The notes beneath the pieces are model-generated. The model was given only the letters and a program-made list of their open reading frames with translations. It ran no database searches and was not told the DNA's origin. Position numbers and translations under genes: made by a program. Below are positions 1-12,000 of a stretch of 39,446 bases of DNA, piece after piece (position 1 is the stretch's first letter; every line of letters starts with the position of its first letter). The stretch is from Psammoneis japonica (taxonomy: Eukaryota), in NCBI GenBank assembly GCA_008632985.1, contig QPGO01000106.1, forward strand, positions 248,001-287,446, given 5' to 3'.

Positions 1-19
1 CCAGGCTCGCGGGAAACAG

Positions 20-830
20 ATCACTACACAAACCGTTATTCTGCCAGCAAGAGAATCTTTCCCGCAAAAATTTTGATCACGGCTGGCGGGCGTCAAAAAA
101 GAGTGACCGCTCTATGTCATTGCAGCGCATCTTCTTTGCATCTCGCAATCACAACGTTGCGACCGCAACGTTTGCAACAACGATGTTTCCAGTTGCTGTC
201 GCGGTGATGCAGATGAGGATGATCTGATTGGCGATGTTGACAGCTTCGCATTTTCGGCTCATGAGTTGTGGTCGTGCATTTGTGTGCATTTTTGCATTTG
301 TTCTTTGCATGTTTGTAACAGATGGACTTGCAAGGTTGTTGACATCTTTGTTCCCAAATTTGTCGAGTCTGAGCCCATCACCAAAAACCACTTGGAACAG
401 CCTGAAGGCATGGAAAACCAACCTCTTGCTGCAACTTGCATCGGATTGACCAAGTTTGAAAATTTGCAGAGCACAAGATCCCCCTCCTTTGGGAAATTTG
501 TTCCCAGTGGCTGGGCGGCACTCATCATGCTGCACAATCCAGTTTCATTTCCATTGAGAGATGCGCTCTTGGACATCAGCAACAAGGAGTTGCCGGAACT
601 CTTGAAGCAGACACAACTTGACAAGGCCTCACTCGCAAAACCCAACGCGGCATTTGAGAACCCCCAGCTGGACAAAGCCGTGACTCACCAAGCCTTTTGC
701 GGACAGGGTGCACATCAACTTGAGGCTGTCCCAGAAAACAAGGAGAGTGCTTCAACGGGAGCCGCATTTGAAGCAGATGCCCTTTTCATGAAGGCTCTGG
801 AGGTGCCAAAAGGCTTTGGCAAGTGCAGAG
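20..830 (+). pseudogene. Decayed duplicate of the 5' part (promoter, exon 1, intron, start of exon 2) of the neighbouring lipoxygenase gene
   Basis: Colinear with ~2470-3310 (e.g. aaccgttattctgccagcaagagaatc vs aaccgttattctgccagtaagagaatc). ATG at 183. Intron donor GT changed to CT at 244. ORF 266-916 matches LOX (KVVDIFVP...ALFMKALEV) and then diverges. Many TA/CG to TG/CA changes. Confidence 0.9.
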
Positions 831-1407
831 GAGGGGGGCCAAGTGGCAAAATTGAGGAACAAGAGGAGGCAGAGGAAGAGACGGATGATGTCCAAGAGTC
901 TTGGTTGCCCACCTGACCCAGCAACTCAAAAGGGGCTTCCAGTTTGAGTTTTTCCACAGTTGGTGGCAGTGATGCAATGCAAACAGTTTCCTTTGATCCA
1001 GCACAACGGCTCTTGACAATGTCAAATTTCTGGTCAACTGGTGCAAGATCACATGAGGCTTGGCTGTGCAAACAATGCTCATGCACCAATGGTGAGAGTG
1101 ATGAGACTTGTGCCATGTGTGGGCGGGCGAGTGATCCGGAACCCGAGCAGCGATTAAGACTCTCAGAACAGCGAGCAGCAGGAGTGCATTGGTTGCCGCT
1201 GTGGCTCTGAGTCCCAGCATGTCAGAAGGTGAACGGTGGTTGTGTCTCACGTGCACCTGCATGAACCAAAATGTGCTTCATTTGTCTTTTGAAATTTGTG
1301 GCCAACCCCGGTCCAGATTGGATGCGAGTGCATTGCAAATGCTTGAAGATGCTGGACCACAAGGGGGGCATTGTCAGCAAGATGAGCAATTGGCAGGGGA
1401 ATTGTGA
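830..1407 (+). pseudogene. Decayed fragment of a gene with two RanBP2-type zinc fingers
   Basis: Translations WLCKQCSCTNGESDETCAMCG (~1060-1122) and WLCLTCTCMNQNVLHLSFEICG (~1237-1302) fit W-x-C-x2-C-x3-N-x6/7-C-x2-C. There is an internal TGA at 914-916 and a frameshift between the fingers. Confidence 0.65.
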
Positions 1408-1449
1408 GAAAGGGCAGAGGAAAAGGAGCTTGTTTTACATTTGTTGACA

Positions 1450-1890
1450 TCATGGCAGCAGAACAAAAAAGTGACATTTTTGTTGTGCACACACCACGAC
1501 CTGAAATGCAGCGGCAACATTCTGAACAACTTTGGAGGAAGCAGTTTCACAACCCCACAATGAAATGCAGCAATGGGAACAATGGCAACTCTCACAAGAG
1601 TTGCCTCATCTTTTGATGCGGCAGACAGGAAGCAAGAAAGTGTGAGATGGACTGCGCCCGATCTTGTGAGGCGGTCACGGGTCCTGTGATCGAGCGCGGT
1701 CGTCGCGCCACAAGACCAAAATGATGCTTTGTCATGCAACATGCACTGCCATTCTCTCGGCAAGACCAGCATGTTGTACCTGCAACAAACTTAATTCAAT
1801 CACTGCAGGCCCTGGCCAGCAACCCCTTCCCCATTTGTTGCACAGCGCTGGAGTCTTGCACTTGCGGCGCTGGTTGAGGAGTCATTTCAT
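1450..1890 (+). repeat. Decayed duplicate of the region downstream of the lipoxygenase (~4310-4730)
   Basis: Shared blocks caccacgacctg, gcagtttca, ctctcacaa-agttgcctcatcttttgat, agcaagaaagtgtgaga, agcaaccccttcc, gctggttgagga. Confidence 0.8.
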
Positions 1891-2642
1891 GGCTTGCCCA
1901 CACCGACCACAGAACACTTCAACAAAACAAAGGAAGAACTTGCCAGCTGCAACAGGGTCCAAACAATCTCATTTGCTCTTGAGACAAGAGTTGTGAGCAC
2001 ATTGGCCAAAAACACACAGCTGAGCCCCAGCAACGCCAGAGCGGACCATGTGCATCGCACATCTTTTCCAAGTTTCCAAGAGGCACAACACACGCAAGAC
2101 AGGTGAAGCACAACAGGAGAGACATGACGGGAAAGAGAGCCACTTGGAAGACTCCAGCACAGGCTCCCATTGTTGACATGGGAGTGTCGCAAACATTCCG
2201 ACCAAATGACACGACCACAGCCTGCTGTGAGACTCACCCTGTCATTTCTCTCTGCCTGCCAGTCTTGGCTCTGTGAGGTGTCATATTGCCTGTTTGTCAG
2301 TAACGTTTGGGAGTCCTCATCATCCACAGCTTACTTCAGATTTTTATTCCTGGTAGCGTGCATCTTATCAGCGTCATTGTCGATCTCTCCAGATCGTGCA
2401 ATCGTGCGATCAGCCATCAAGGGCGGCGGGGTTCGGGCCACAATTGAAAGATTTCAGTACACTCTCTGTAGAATGCTACATAAACCGTTATTCTGCCAGT
2501 AAGAGAATCTTTCACGCAAAAATTTTGATCACGGCTGGCGTCAAAAAAGACGTTCCGCCGTGTGTGTGACCGCTCTTTGTAATAGCGTATCTTCTTTACT
2601 TCTCGCCATCATAACGTTGCGACCGTAACGTTTGCAACAACG

Positions 2643-4299
2643 ATGTTTTCTAGTTGTTGTCGCGGTGATGCAGATGAGGATGATCTGATTGGTGATCTTG
2701 ACAGGTTCGTATTTTCGGCTCGTGAGTTGTGGTCGTGCGTTTGTGTGTTTTTTTGTATTTGTTCTTTACAAACGAATCCAGTTTCATCAGTTTGCCCATG
2801 TTTGCAACAGATGGACTCGCAAGGTTGTCGATATCTTTGTTCCCACAATTGTCGAATCCGAGCCCATTACCGAAAACCACTTGGAACAACCTAAAGGCAC
2901 GGGAAACCAACCTCTTACCGTGACTCGCGTCGGATCTACCAAGTTTGAGAATTTGCAGCGTGATCCCTCCTTTGGGAAATTTCCTCCCGGTGGCTGGGCG
3001 GCACTCACCATGCTGCACAACCCGGTTTTGTTTCCATTGCGAGACGTATTCTTGGATATCAGTGACAAGGAGTTGCCGGAACTGTTAAAGCAGACACAGC
3101 TTGACAAGGCCTTGCCCAAACCCAACGTGGTGTTTGAGAACCCCCAGTCGGACGAGGCCATGACTCGTCAAGCCTTTTATGGATTGGGTGCGCATCGACT
3201 TGAGGCTGTCCCAGACAACAAGGAAAGCGCTCCAACGGGAGCCGTGTTTGAAGTAGATACACTCTTTATGAAAGCTCTGGAGGTACGAAAAGGCTTTAGC
3301 AAATACGGAGCGTGTGCGTACTTTGATGGCGACCAAAAGGTTCTCGCCATTGACACACCCGACGGTTTGGTCACACCGAGCGATGGAAGCAAGTGGGAAT
3401 ATGCCAAGTTTGCATGGCGATCCTCTCTGTTCTGTCTCGTGACGGCGGTGGATCATTTGTTTCATCATCATTTTTGGGTTTCGGCTCAAATGTTGCGTGC
3501 CAGCACCGTGGCCTTGACGGAAGACCATGCCGTGCGTCGAGCGCTCCAACCCTTTCTCATGCGCACGGCACTGGTCAACAACCAAGCCGGCAGCGCACTC
3601 TTGCCACGAGAAAGCATGGTGCATCATACTACGAGTTTGACTTGGGCTTCTTTGAAAACCGTAGCGGCAACAACGTACCGCAAGGGACCAGAATGGAAAC
3701 CACTACCAGATCTTGTCAAGAGCAAGGGACCCAAAGTCAATGCATTGATTCAAAATGGAAAGCTTCCCTTGTTTGAAGATGGATTGGAAGTATATGACTG
3801 TTTTATTCATTATTTTGACAAGGTGCTGGGTGACAGCGACGTGACCAAGGATGCTGGATTGGTCCAGTTCTGGTCTCTACTCAAGCAGTACACACTTGCC
3901 GATGATTTGCCCGATTCCCTCAGTCGCCAAGCTTTGTTGGATTGCTTGGCCACCTTTTCCTACCGCGTCACATCGGGACATGAACACGTGGGTAGTGTCG
4001 CAGAGCACATTCAAACTCCACTTCATGGCGCCATTCGACACCGTCCCAGTTCCATTCGTGCCGACAAGCAATCCTATGTTGGCCTCTCCGTTCTCATGGC
4101 CCTGACCTCTCTTCGTACACCGCCACTCATGAGCGACTTTGCAAACTATTGGAAGTCGGACGAGGAACGTGCCCATTGGAAAGTACTGCAAGATAAACTG
4201 AAGATTGTTGTCTTCAATGTGGACAAGCGCAACGAGAGTCGACCCTTCAAGGTGGTTTCCGGCAATCCCCGTATCCTTGAATGTGCCGTGTCAGTGTAA
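2643..4299 (+). CDS. LOX: Lipoxygenase (catalytic-domain-only type), ~516 aa, 2 exons
   Basis: Exons 2643-2704 and 2811-4299 (GT..CAG intron 2705-2810, frame compatible). Motifs: WEYAKFAWRSS (WxxAK), DHLFHHH (HxxxxH metal ligands), HAVRRALQPF, LVNNQAGSALL, GHEHVG, C-terminal ILECAVSV. Confidence 0.85.
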
Positions 4300-4822
4300 T
4301 AGTTTTGGCATCATAGTAGCAGAATAAAAAGTAGCATTTTTGTCGTGCGCGCACCACGACCTGGAATAGTGGCAATAACATTCTAAAGTTATGGAGGGAG
4401 CAGTTTCATAATCCTACAATAAGATAGAGCAACAGGAACAATAGCGACTCTCACAACAGTTGCCTCATCTTTTGATAGATGAGAAGCAAGAAAGTGTGAG
4501 ACGACTGCGCCCTCGTGTTGCGAGCTCCGTTCGACCCATCCACGCAAAGCCTCGTGAGCGACGCGGGACCCGGGACCCGGGACCAAAAATAACACCTCTG
4601 CGACCGACTGTTGATGTTTTGACAACAAAATCAATACTACGCTCGTCCCTGAACCTGTAGGCCATAGCAACCCCTTCCTACTTGCGTGTTACTGTAGTCT
4701 TGTACCTGGTGCTGGTTGAGGAATCGTTTGGCGGATAATTTTACCAGTACCGATTTGCCCACCTTGAACCTATCACAGAACACCGCGCTATTTACGTACC
4801 CAAACGGTGTGCGTCAGCCAAG

Positions 4823-5973
4823 ATGGGGAACCGAATGGCAAGAGAAGATGACAGCGAATCGGAAGGAAAATCTTTGTCTCTTTTTGGAGTTGCTTCAATG
4901 ATCGTTCACGACAAAATACCTAGCCCGATGAGCATTCCAATATGCCTCGACGAGCTCGTCGATTGGACGCAAGATGCATCCGTGACCGCCAATACCCTTC
5001 ACGGAGTACAAGTCCTTCCCAACAAATCTACGTACCCAGTTTTATTTCAAGCCTTTGTGAGAAATAGACGAGTAGTTCACAGAAGTGAGTTATATGGGTC
5101 AGTCGCGTTATTGATGACTTGACTCGCCGCCGTGGCTAATGTTGATGTCGACTACATCCCACCTCTCACTACTGAACTCGTTTTCGTCTTCGCAAGAGAG
5201 GCATACGGCCATCACTCAGAAAGACGTCATTAACTTTCCAGCTGACCATGCATTTGAACGCGTAGCATTTTATGAACAGCATGTGAGTCCATCGTTGATT
5301 CCTTCTTTTGAAGTGGTAAGGTTGCTTTGTTGCTTTCTCTGACACTTCTTGTCTGTAGATTTTGATTTGCTTGGTCTTTTTGGATGCTTTTGACGAGAAT
5401 CAACCCGATGTTTGCAGTGTTGGAGTTGTTTGTACCATTTCTGGGCTGGACTTTTGTATCTACATACGTTTGTTGCGTCGACTAGCACAGCTATCAGAGC
5501 TCACGGAGCAAAGCGTGGGCGCCATCACCAATAAGCCGTCAGACTCGCATGAGTGCGGCATTTGCTTTGATAACCCTCAAGAGACTATCCTACCATGTCT
5601 TCACGGAATGTGCAAGGAGTGTGAAGCAAAATGGGTGGAAACGCACCAGGATTGCCCCTTTTGTCGAGAGCAATACACCAATCGACGTCGAAGACATCGA
5701 GAGCAATGGCAGGTATGTTTGATTATGACATTTCATGTGCTGTGTGCAACTAGACATAATTTGTCTGACGCCCTTTTTCAAACGGCTGCCTAGTTGGAGA
5801 GCTGGAGTCGAAACGATGTTCAGGAGGATGTTCACACCATGGAGCAACAGATCAAGAACTTCTGGGAGGGACGTGTTTACAACCAGAGGAGAAACGGGGC
5901 GGAAGGATTTACCCAATTGAACAAGTCTTTCCAAGAGTCGATTGTCGACGATGGATTTGTGCTCCTTCATTAG
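4823..5973 (+). CDS. C3HC4 RING-finger E3 ligase, RNF141/AIRP2-like, ~293 aa, 4 exons
   Basis: Exons 4823-5084, 5197-5282, 5359-5712, 5794-5973, with GTGAGT/GTGAGT/GTATGT donors and AG acceptors all in phase. RING: CGICFDNPQETILPCLHGMCKECEAKWVETHQDCPFCR. N-terminal MG (possible myristoylation). Confidence 0.85.
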
Positions 5974-6305
5974 AGAAACTCTTTGAAATGAATTATATTC
6001 ACTGTGCTATGATCGCGTTGCAATAGCGATAGGCAAAACCGAAGAGATAGGCCATAGTACGAGTAGCATAATGAGCGTCCTTGTGATTTCATTGCCTACT
6101 TTTTCTTCTATGCATTGTGTGCTATGTTTTGCCGAACGCCAGTGCGCAGTCCATTCATAGGACTACTACGTTTTTAGATTTGATTTTAATCAAGCGCTCT
6201 ACCTCAAGTTTACCGCCGGTGACGAAAACAAGACGGGAAAATGTCGCAGATACACAAAAATGACAGAGCATAGAAGTCGAGCAATTGCAAAACTAATATG
6301 TTGGT

Positions 6306-7157
6306 TTAACCTACTTTCTTTCGAGCCATGTAAAAACTGTTTGCACAACAACAGAAGTCACTTCCCCAAGACACCGCGACGCACAAATCGCCAGGTTCAA
6401 AAAACATTGCTGGACAAGGCCGCCGCGGTGAGCAGTATTCACTTATTGTCTCACCAACAGTACCATACTCTGGAAAAATGAGTTTTTTCGTCCACGAGTA
6501 ACTGTCTCGATAGCTCCGGACCGCCGCTTCAGCGGCTTGAATGTTTTCAAACGGTGGTTGCGCTAAATCGTCCTGTACCGAATCTTGGTCGTCTGGGTTG
6601 TACCACTCCGAAGGAATCCAGTTGCAAGCGATTCGTTCCGAGAGAAACGAAAACTGTACGTCAATGTCGTATTCAGAGCATGCAGATGGGTACTCGGTCA
6701 TTTCGCAATCGATTCTGGTTTCCCCTTTACGTGCTTCCTTGAACTCAAATTCGTCGTCGAATTCGCAAACGTGGCCGTTTCTGCCATAATTCATGTCACT
6801 GGGAGTTTTTCCTACGGAACATTGATGAATGCCGCTGTCATCCACGGTCAGAGTTAGCGTGCGGTCCGTGGTGCGTTGCACCAAACAAAAGTCGCATTTA
6901 AACGCTTGGTAATAAACCTGATACTCTCCGGCGACATTTTCTGATGGAAGAGCCGCAAAAGGCCCTTCATTCTGGAGCAAATCCCACTGCCAGCCATTGC
7001 CAAACTCGTAGTAAACAATGCCTTTCGCCTTTTGCTCCAAAACGCGCTTCACAAGCGCTTTGCGGCGATTTTCGGGGAGTTGGGCCACTGCTCGGTTCCT
7101 TTCTTCTACACACGTTCGCTCCTCCACTTTTTGCCGTTTGGCGAGGGGAGCTTCCAT
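6306..7157 (-). CDS. Hypothetical protein, 283 aa, N-terminal basic NLS-like motif
   Basis: Uninterrupted ORF with normal Tyr usage in an unmutated island. Begins MEAPLAKRQKVE. No family recognised. Confidence 0.7.
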   Translation of the reverse strand: MEAPLAKRQKVEERTCVEERNRAVAQLPENRRKALVKRVLEQKAKGIVYYEFGNGWQWDLLQNEGPFAALPSENVAGEYQVYYQAFKCDFCLVQRTTDRTLTLTVDDSGIHQCSVGKTPSDMNYGRNGHVCEFDDEFEFKEARKGETRIDCEMTEYPSACSEYDIDVQFSFLSERIACNWIPSEWYNPDDQDSVQDDLAQPPFENIQAAEAAVRSYRDSYSWTKKLIFPEYGTVGETISEYCSPRRPCPAMFFEPGDLCVAVSWGSDFCCCANSFYMARKKVG

Positions 7158-7649
7158 TTTTTTCCCTTCGCGTCCGATTGCTGGCTGCTGTGTTCCTTGA
7201 AGATCTACTGACTATGATGTTGTGAGATTGAATGAAAAGTGGGAAGCTGGGAAACCTCACCGTCGGCTGCCATGACATGTCACGAGAAGCGTTGAGAAGG
7301 AAGAAGTCGTGAGTCGTGGGAAAGACAATGCGCGAATGATCACGAAGCGTGACTGAAACATGCGCAACGGCCATTCTCGCTCACATGACATGCGCGGTGC
7401 GCACATCATTGCACTGAGCACTGAGCGTGAAACCGCATCATTGAAGCCATGCGGTGGAATGCAGGGCCCAATGATGCATTGCTTGCTCTTTCATGTGAGC
7501 TCTGATCGTAACATCTCACGGTGATGGAATGCTGACACAGCAACCAGCCACCCAGCAGGGTCAAAAGTGGTCCATCATGCTTTCTCTCATCACTCTCGTG
7601 CACAAAAGAGGTGGGTCCGCAAGAAGGGCACAGAAGATGTGGCTTGGGG

Positions 7650-9680
7650 AGCAGGAGCTGCATCAATGAAGACATTGCAGGAGCCTGGTTGTGGGTTGAT
7701 GAGCCTTGCTGCAGCATTGCATCACATTTCTCATTGCTTTGTTTCTGAGCGAGTGTTGCCCCTCCTCATCAACAAGAAGAAAGCAAGAAAACAACGTGCC
7801 ACTCCCTGTGTGCAAGCAAAGATGGGAGGAGCTCCTCTGAAGCTGAGCTTCAACTTTGACCAACATTGTGGCACTCTGTGTGAAAAAGCAGCAATGTCTT
7901 GGGTGCCCAAGCTGCGACATTTTTAGAAATGAGAGCAGAGCTTTTGAGTGCAGCCGCCGCCGCGTTCTTTGCATCGTGGCTGGCTTTTGGTCTTGTTGAG
8001 CTCAAAAGAGTTGCAAGATGTCACAAACAGGAGGGGAGGGGGGCATTGCTGTCACTCTTGAGAGCTGTGACATTTTTGGCCACACTGTGGAGTTTGGACA
8101 CTCAGTCTGTTGTTGTTGTTGAATTTGTTGGCATCATGATCGCTGCTCTCTTCATCAACAAAGTGGGCTTTGTGCTTGATGACCATCAAGGTGAAAGCTG
8201 ATGTGAGACAAGGATGGTGGCTTGTGTGAATCAACAAGGCCTTGGTTCCAATGGCATGTTTGCCACTTTGCAAGGGTTGTGAGTGCAATCATCATGTTGC
8301 GCAATCTCTGTCTCCATGTTGCTGCTTTTGCAAGCCACAATGGCATGTGATGAAAATGGTGCACAACCCAGGTGCAGCTCTTCAATCATCTGTTGAGCCC
8401 ATTGCTCCTCCTCCTGCTCTGCTCTCTTTCTTTTGAGAGCAGCCTGCTCCAACTCCAGGCAAAACAAAATCATGCAATTGGGGCTTTTGGCAAAACAATC
8501 CTGTCTCAAACTTGTCCATCACTTTTGACAGTTTCGACCACAAAAAGATGCACCAACATGGACAGCGCAGTGTCTCATGTGAACATTTTTCCATTTGTCT
8601 TGAAATTTCCCAACTCAAAGAAGAAATTTAAGCAAGACATTTTTTGACTTCCAAAAGTGCTTCAACTGGAGCTGGAACATGCCGCACATCTGAGCGAGCC
8701 TTTGGCATGCCAGAATCTGTGAAATGGTCAGGTTGTCAGACTTTTGTGAGTGTTTTCACAAGTCCTCACAAAGTGTGATTGTGTCTGTGGCATTTCCTGA
8801 TGACATGCTGGACTGCATGCAGTCAACATTGTGAATTGTCAATGTGTCACTTTCAATCCTTCTGTGCTGTTCAAGCACAAGCGTTTGAGTCCAGCCACAC
8901 TGTGGGCAAGTGGAGTGGTGTGCTGTGTGAGAGGCACATGACAATGACAAGTCTTTTTGCACTGCTTTGTCATGGACATTTGGATGGCAAATGCCCCAAC
9001 TCTTTCAGCAAAAAAAGGTGGCTTTTTGGGTGACTTGAGAGTGAAGGCATCCCCAGGATCATGTGTGCTTTGTCATTTTGTGGTGACAATCTGCACTCAA
9101 ATGCTCAGCGGTGATTCCCAGCATCATTCACAAGTCTCGTTTGGCCAAACAAAACAATGCCAACTTTGCCATTTGGGGATTGTGCACCCTGCTTTTAGTC
9201 AATTCAGTCCTCGTGACTTGGCCAAACTCACCATGTGATGGGTGTTGCGAGAGCTCCACACAATGCCACCTCCGTCATACATTGAGCTTTGATGAAGTGA
9301 CCAAAAAAGGATGTGGCATTGCGGCCATCGCCAAGGCATGTAAATTCGAAGAAAACGTCGTCTTTTGATGCCCCACCGGCATGGCGGGGATGGCCAAACA
9401 GAAAAAGATGGCCTCCATGGAAGCTCGGAGCTGTGAGTTTACAAGCAATCAAGATGGCATTCAAAAGTTGGTCGATTGCGAGATGGCGGGAAAGTAAGAA
9501 AAAGCAGTTTGTGTGGAACTTTGGTTGTTTTGAGTTTGCCTGTGTCGTTTTGCAGGGTGTCCGTGCGTGCAATTCATGAAACATGATGTCTGCTGGACTG
9601 TGACAGCAAATGAGCAATGGCAAACCCATTGTCCTTGGGTTTGTGGTGAAACGGACACAACAGTTTGGCACATGCACTTG
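7650..9680. repeat. Decayed member of a local multi-copy segment (relatives at ~10930-12000 and ~21760-23210)
   Basis: 7650-7760 ~ 10950-11040 (gagctgcatc...cattgcaggagc...tgggttgatgagccttgc). 8270-8330 ~ 11880-11940. 8050-8140 ~ 21850-21945. 8700-9680 ~ 22245-23210 (gtgtgattgtg..tggcatttcctgatgacatg; caactttgccatttgggg; gaagctcggagct). Confidence 0.7.
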
Positions 9681-9689
9681 CTTTGTTCT

Positions 9690-10720
9690 CTGACACTTTT
9701 CTGTAGATTTTGATTTGCTTGGTCTTTTTGGATGCTTTTGAAGAGAATCAACCTGATGCATGCAGTGTTGGAGTTGCATGCACCATTTCTGGACTGGACT
9801 TTTGCATCTGCATGCATTTGTTGCGTTGACCAGCACAGCTGTCAGAGCTCATGGAGCCAAGCATGGGTGCCATCACTGTTGAGCCGTCAGACTTGCATGA
9901 GTGTGGCACTTGCTTTGATGACCCTCAAGAGACTGTCCCACCATGTTTTCATGGAATGTGCAAGGAGTGTGAAGCAAAATGGGTGGAAACGCACCAGGAT
10001 TGCCCCTTTTGTCGAGAGCAATGCACCAATCGACATCAAAGACACCAAAAGCAATGGCGGGCATGTTTGACTGGGACATTTCATGTGTCTGGTGTTGCCA
10101 GACAAACGTTGTCTAACACCCTTTTCCAACTGCTGCGCAGTCAGAGAGCTGGAGTTGAAACAATGTTCAGGAGGATGTTCGCGCCATGGAGCAACAGATC
10201 AAGAACTTCTGGGAGGAGCGTGTTTGCAACCAGAGGAGAAACGGAGTGGAAGGATTTACCCAATTGAACAAGTCTTTCCAAGAGTTGATTGTCGATGATG
10301 GATTTGTGCTCCTTCATTGGAGAAACTCTTTGAGATGAGTTAGATTTGCCATGCTGTGATCGCGTTGCATTGGCAACAAGCAAAACTGAAGAGACATGCC
10401 ACAGTGCAAGCAGCGTGATGAGCATCCTTGTGATTTCATTGCCTGCTTTTTCTTCTTTGCATGGTGCCCACGCCATGTTCTGCCAAAAGCCAGGGCTCAG
10501 TCTGTTCACAAGACTGCTGCGTTTTTAGATCCATTCACAAGACTGCTGCATTTTTAGTTTTGATTTTGATCAAGCACTCTACCTCAAGTTCACCGCTGGC
10601 ACCAAAACAAGACGGGACAATGTCGCAGAAACACAAAAATTGCAGAGAATGGAATTCAAGCAATTGCAAAACTGCCATGTTGGTTTGGCCTGCTTTCTTT
10701 CAAGCCATGTAAAAAGTTTT
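9690..10720 (+). pseudogene. Decayed duplicate of the 3' half of the RING gene plus downstream region (5340-6340)
   Basis: Near-colinear with 5340-6340. RING still readable (CGTCFDDPQETVPPCFHGMCKECEAKWVETHQDCPFCR). Intron donor GTATGT became GCATGT (10061), and stop TAG became TGG (10318-10320). Short internal duplication at ~10501-10557. Confidence 0.92.
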
Positions 10721-10929
10721 TGCAGAATGACAGGTGCAATGGAGACTGAAATGATGAGCTGCTTGTCGTTTCACAGGAACTCTTTGATCGCGACAGCTCA
10801 TGGCAATGGAGTGATGACACAGCATCCACACAGCGGGATGATCAAGTGTTGGTTCATGGTGTGGCTGCTTTCATTGCTCGCACACAAAGATCATAAAAGC
10901 GCTGCAGCTCTGGAGCCACAAAGAGGACA

Positions 10930-12000
10930 AAAAACAACATCACGGAACAGGAGCTGCATCGATCACATTGCAGGAGCTTGGGAATGGGTTGATGAGCCTT
11001 GCCAAAGCATGGCATCAGTTTTTTGTTGCTCTGTTTCTGGTCTTTCCATCATGTTGCTGTCCAAGACTGGCGCAAGGCCAGGAAAATTGTTGCCAAAAAT
11101 GCTCCAGGTGAGAAGCTGTTGATCATGCCAATGTTCTTGCCAAGGCAGTTGGCTGGATCCTCCTCTCCCAATGTGCTCATTGCTTGATGGGTCGTTGTCA
11201 TTGATTGTCATTTTGTGGCTGCAGTTTGTTGCTGTTCTGGTCCCATGCTTTTGATCAAATGTTCCACCTTGTTTTGATGAGTTTTGCATTGCTTGTCAGC
11301 AGAGGAGGAGGGTGGCTGATGCCCGTGCAAGATGAGGGGTGCATTTCCGAGCATCAGACAGACTGGTGCAGATGGGATGCGGAGAGATCCACTGATCTCT
11401 GATCTCTCCTCTTTTTGCTTTCTCTCAGCTCCGCAGTGCATGATTGCCTCTGCCCCAGACATTGATGGTTCATTCTTCCCATCAGCATCCCACAAGAAAC
11501 TTTGACTGGCAACAACACCTTGGGTGACCCAGCCTCAGTCTTTGGAGAGATCAGAGCAGAGCTTGAGTGCAGCCACTTTCTTTGAACCACAGCTTTGTGT
11601 TGTTGTGATGACATTGAAAGTGTTGCAAGATCATGAGCAGGAGATGTTTTTTTGCTCTTGACAGCAGCAGTGCTTTTGCCATTGCTTTGAGCTGCAGCAC
11701 TCATGTGCCCAAAGCTGCTGTTGCAGGGCTTGCTTGCATCATGGCCGCTGCGTTTTTCATCAAATGTCACCAGACTTTGTCAGATGATGGCTGAAAGAAA
11801 AGCTGATGCAAGGGTGGCACCTTGTGGGCAGCAGGATGCCAATGACTTTGGCTCAAATGGTGCATTGCATGCTTGCCATTGCAGGGGTTGTGGGCACCAT
11901 CATCATGCTGCACAATCTCTGTCTCCATGCAACTGCTCTTGTCAACTGTGGTCCACAATGAAAAAATGCATCAACTGGCAGCAGCTTGTCAGCAAGAATC
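10930..12000. repeat. Decayed relative of 7650-8400
   Basis: Shared blocks agagcagagctt..gagtgcagcc, gttgcaagat, caatctctgtctccatg. Minus-strand peptide KSSCMETEIVQHDD vs KSSNMETEIAQHDD. Confidence 0.65.

Noticed and set aside
2689..2810. N-terminal part of the 536-aa LOX ORF
   Set aside because: Non-ATG start reading through what is better explained as an intron (2705-2810).
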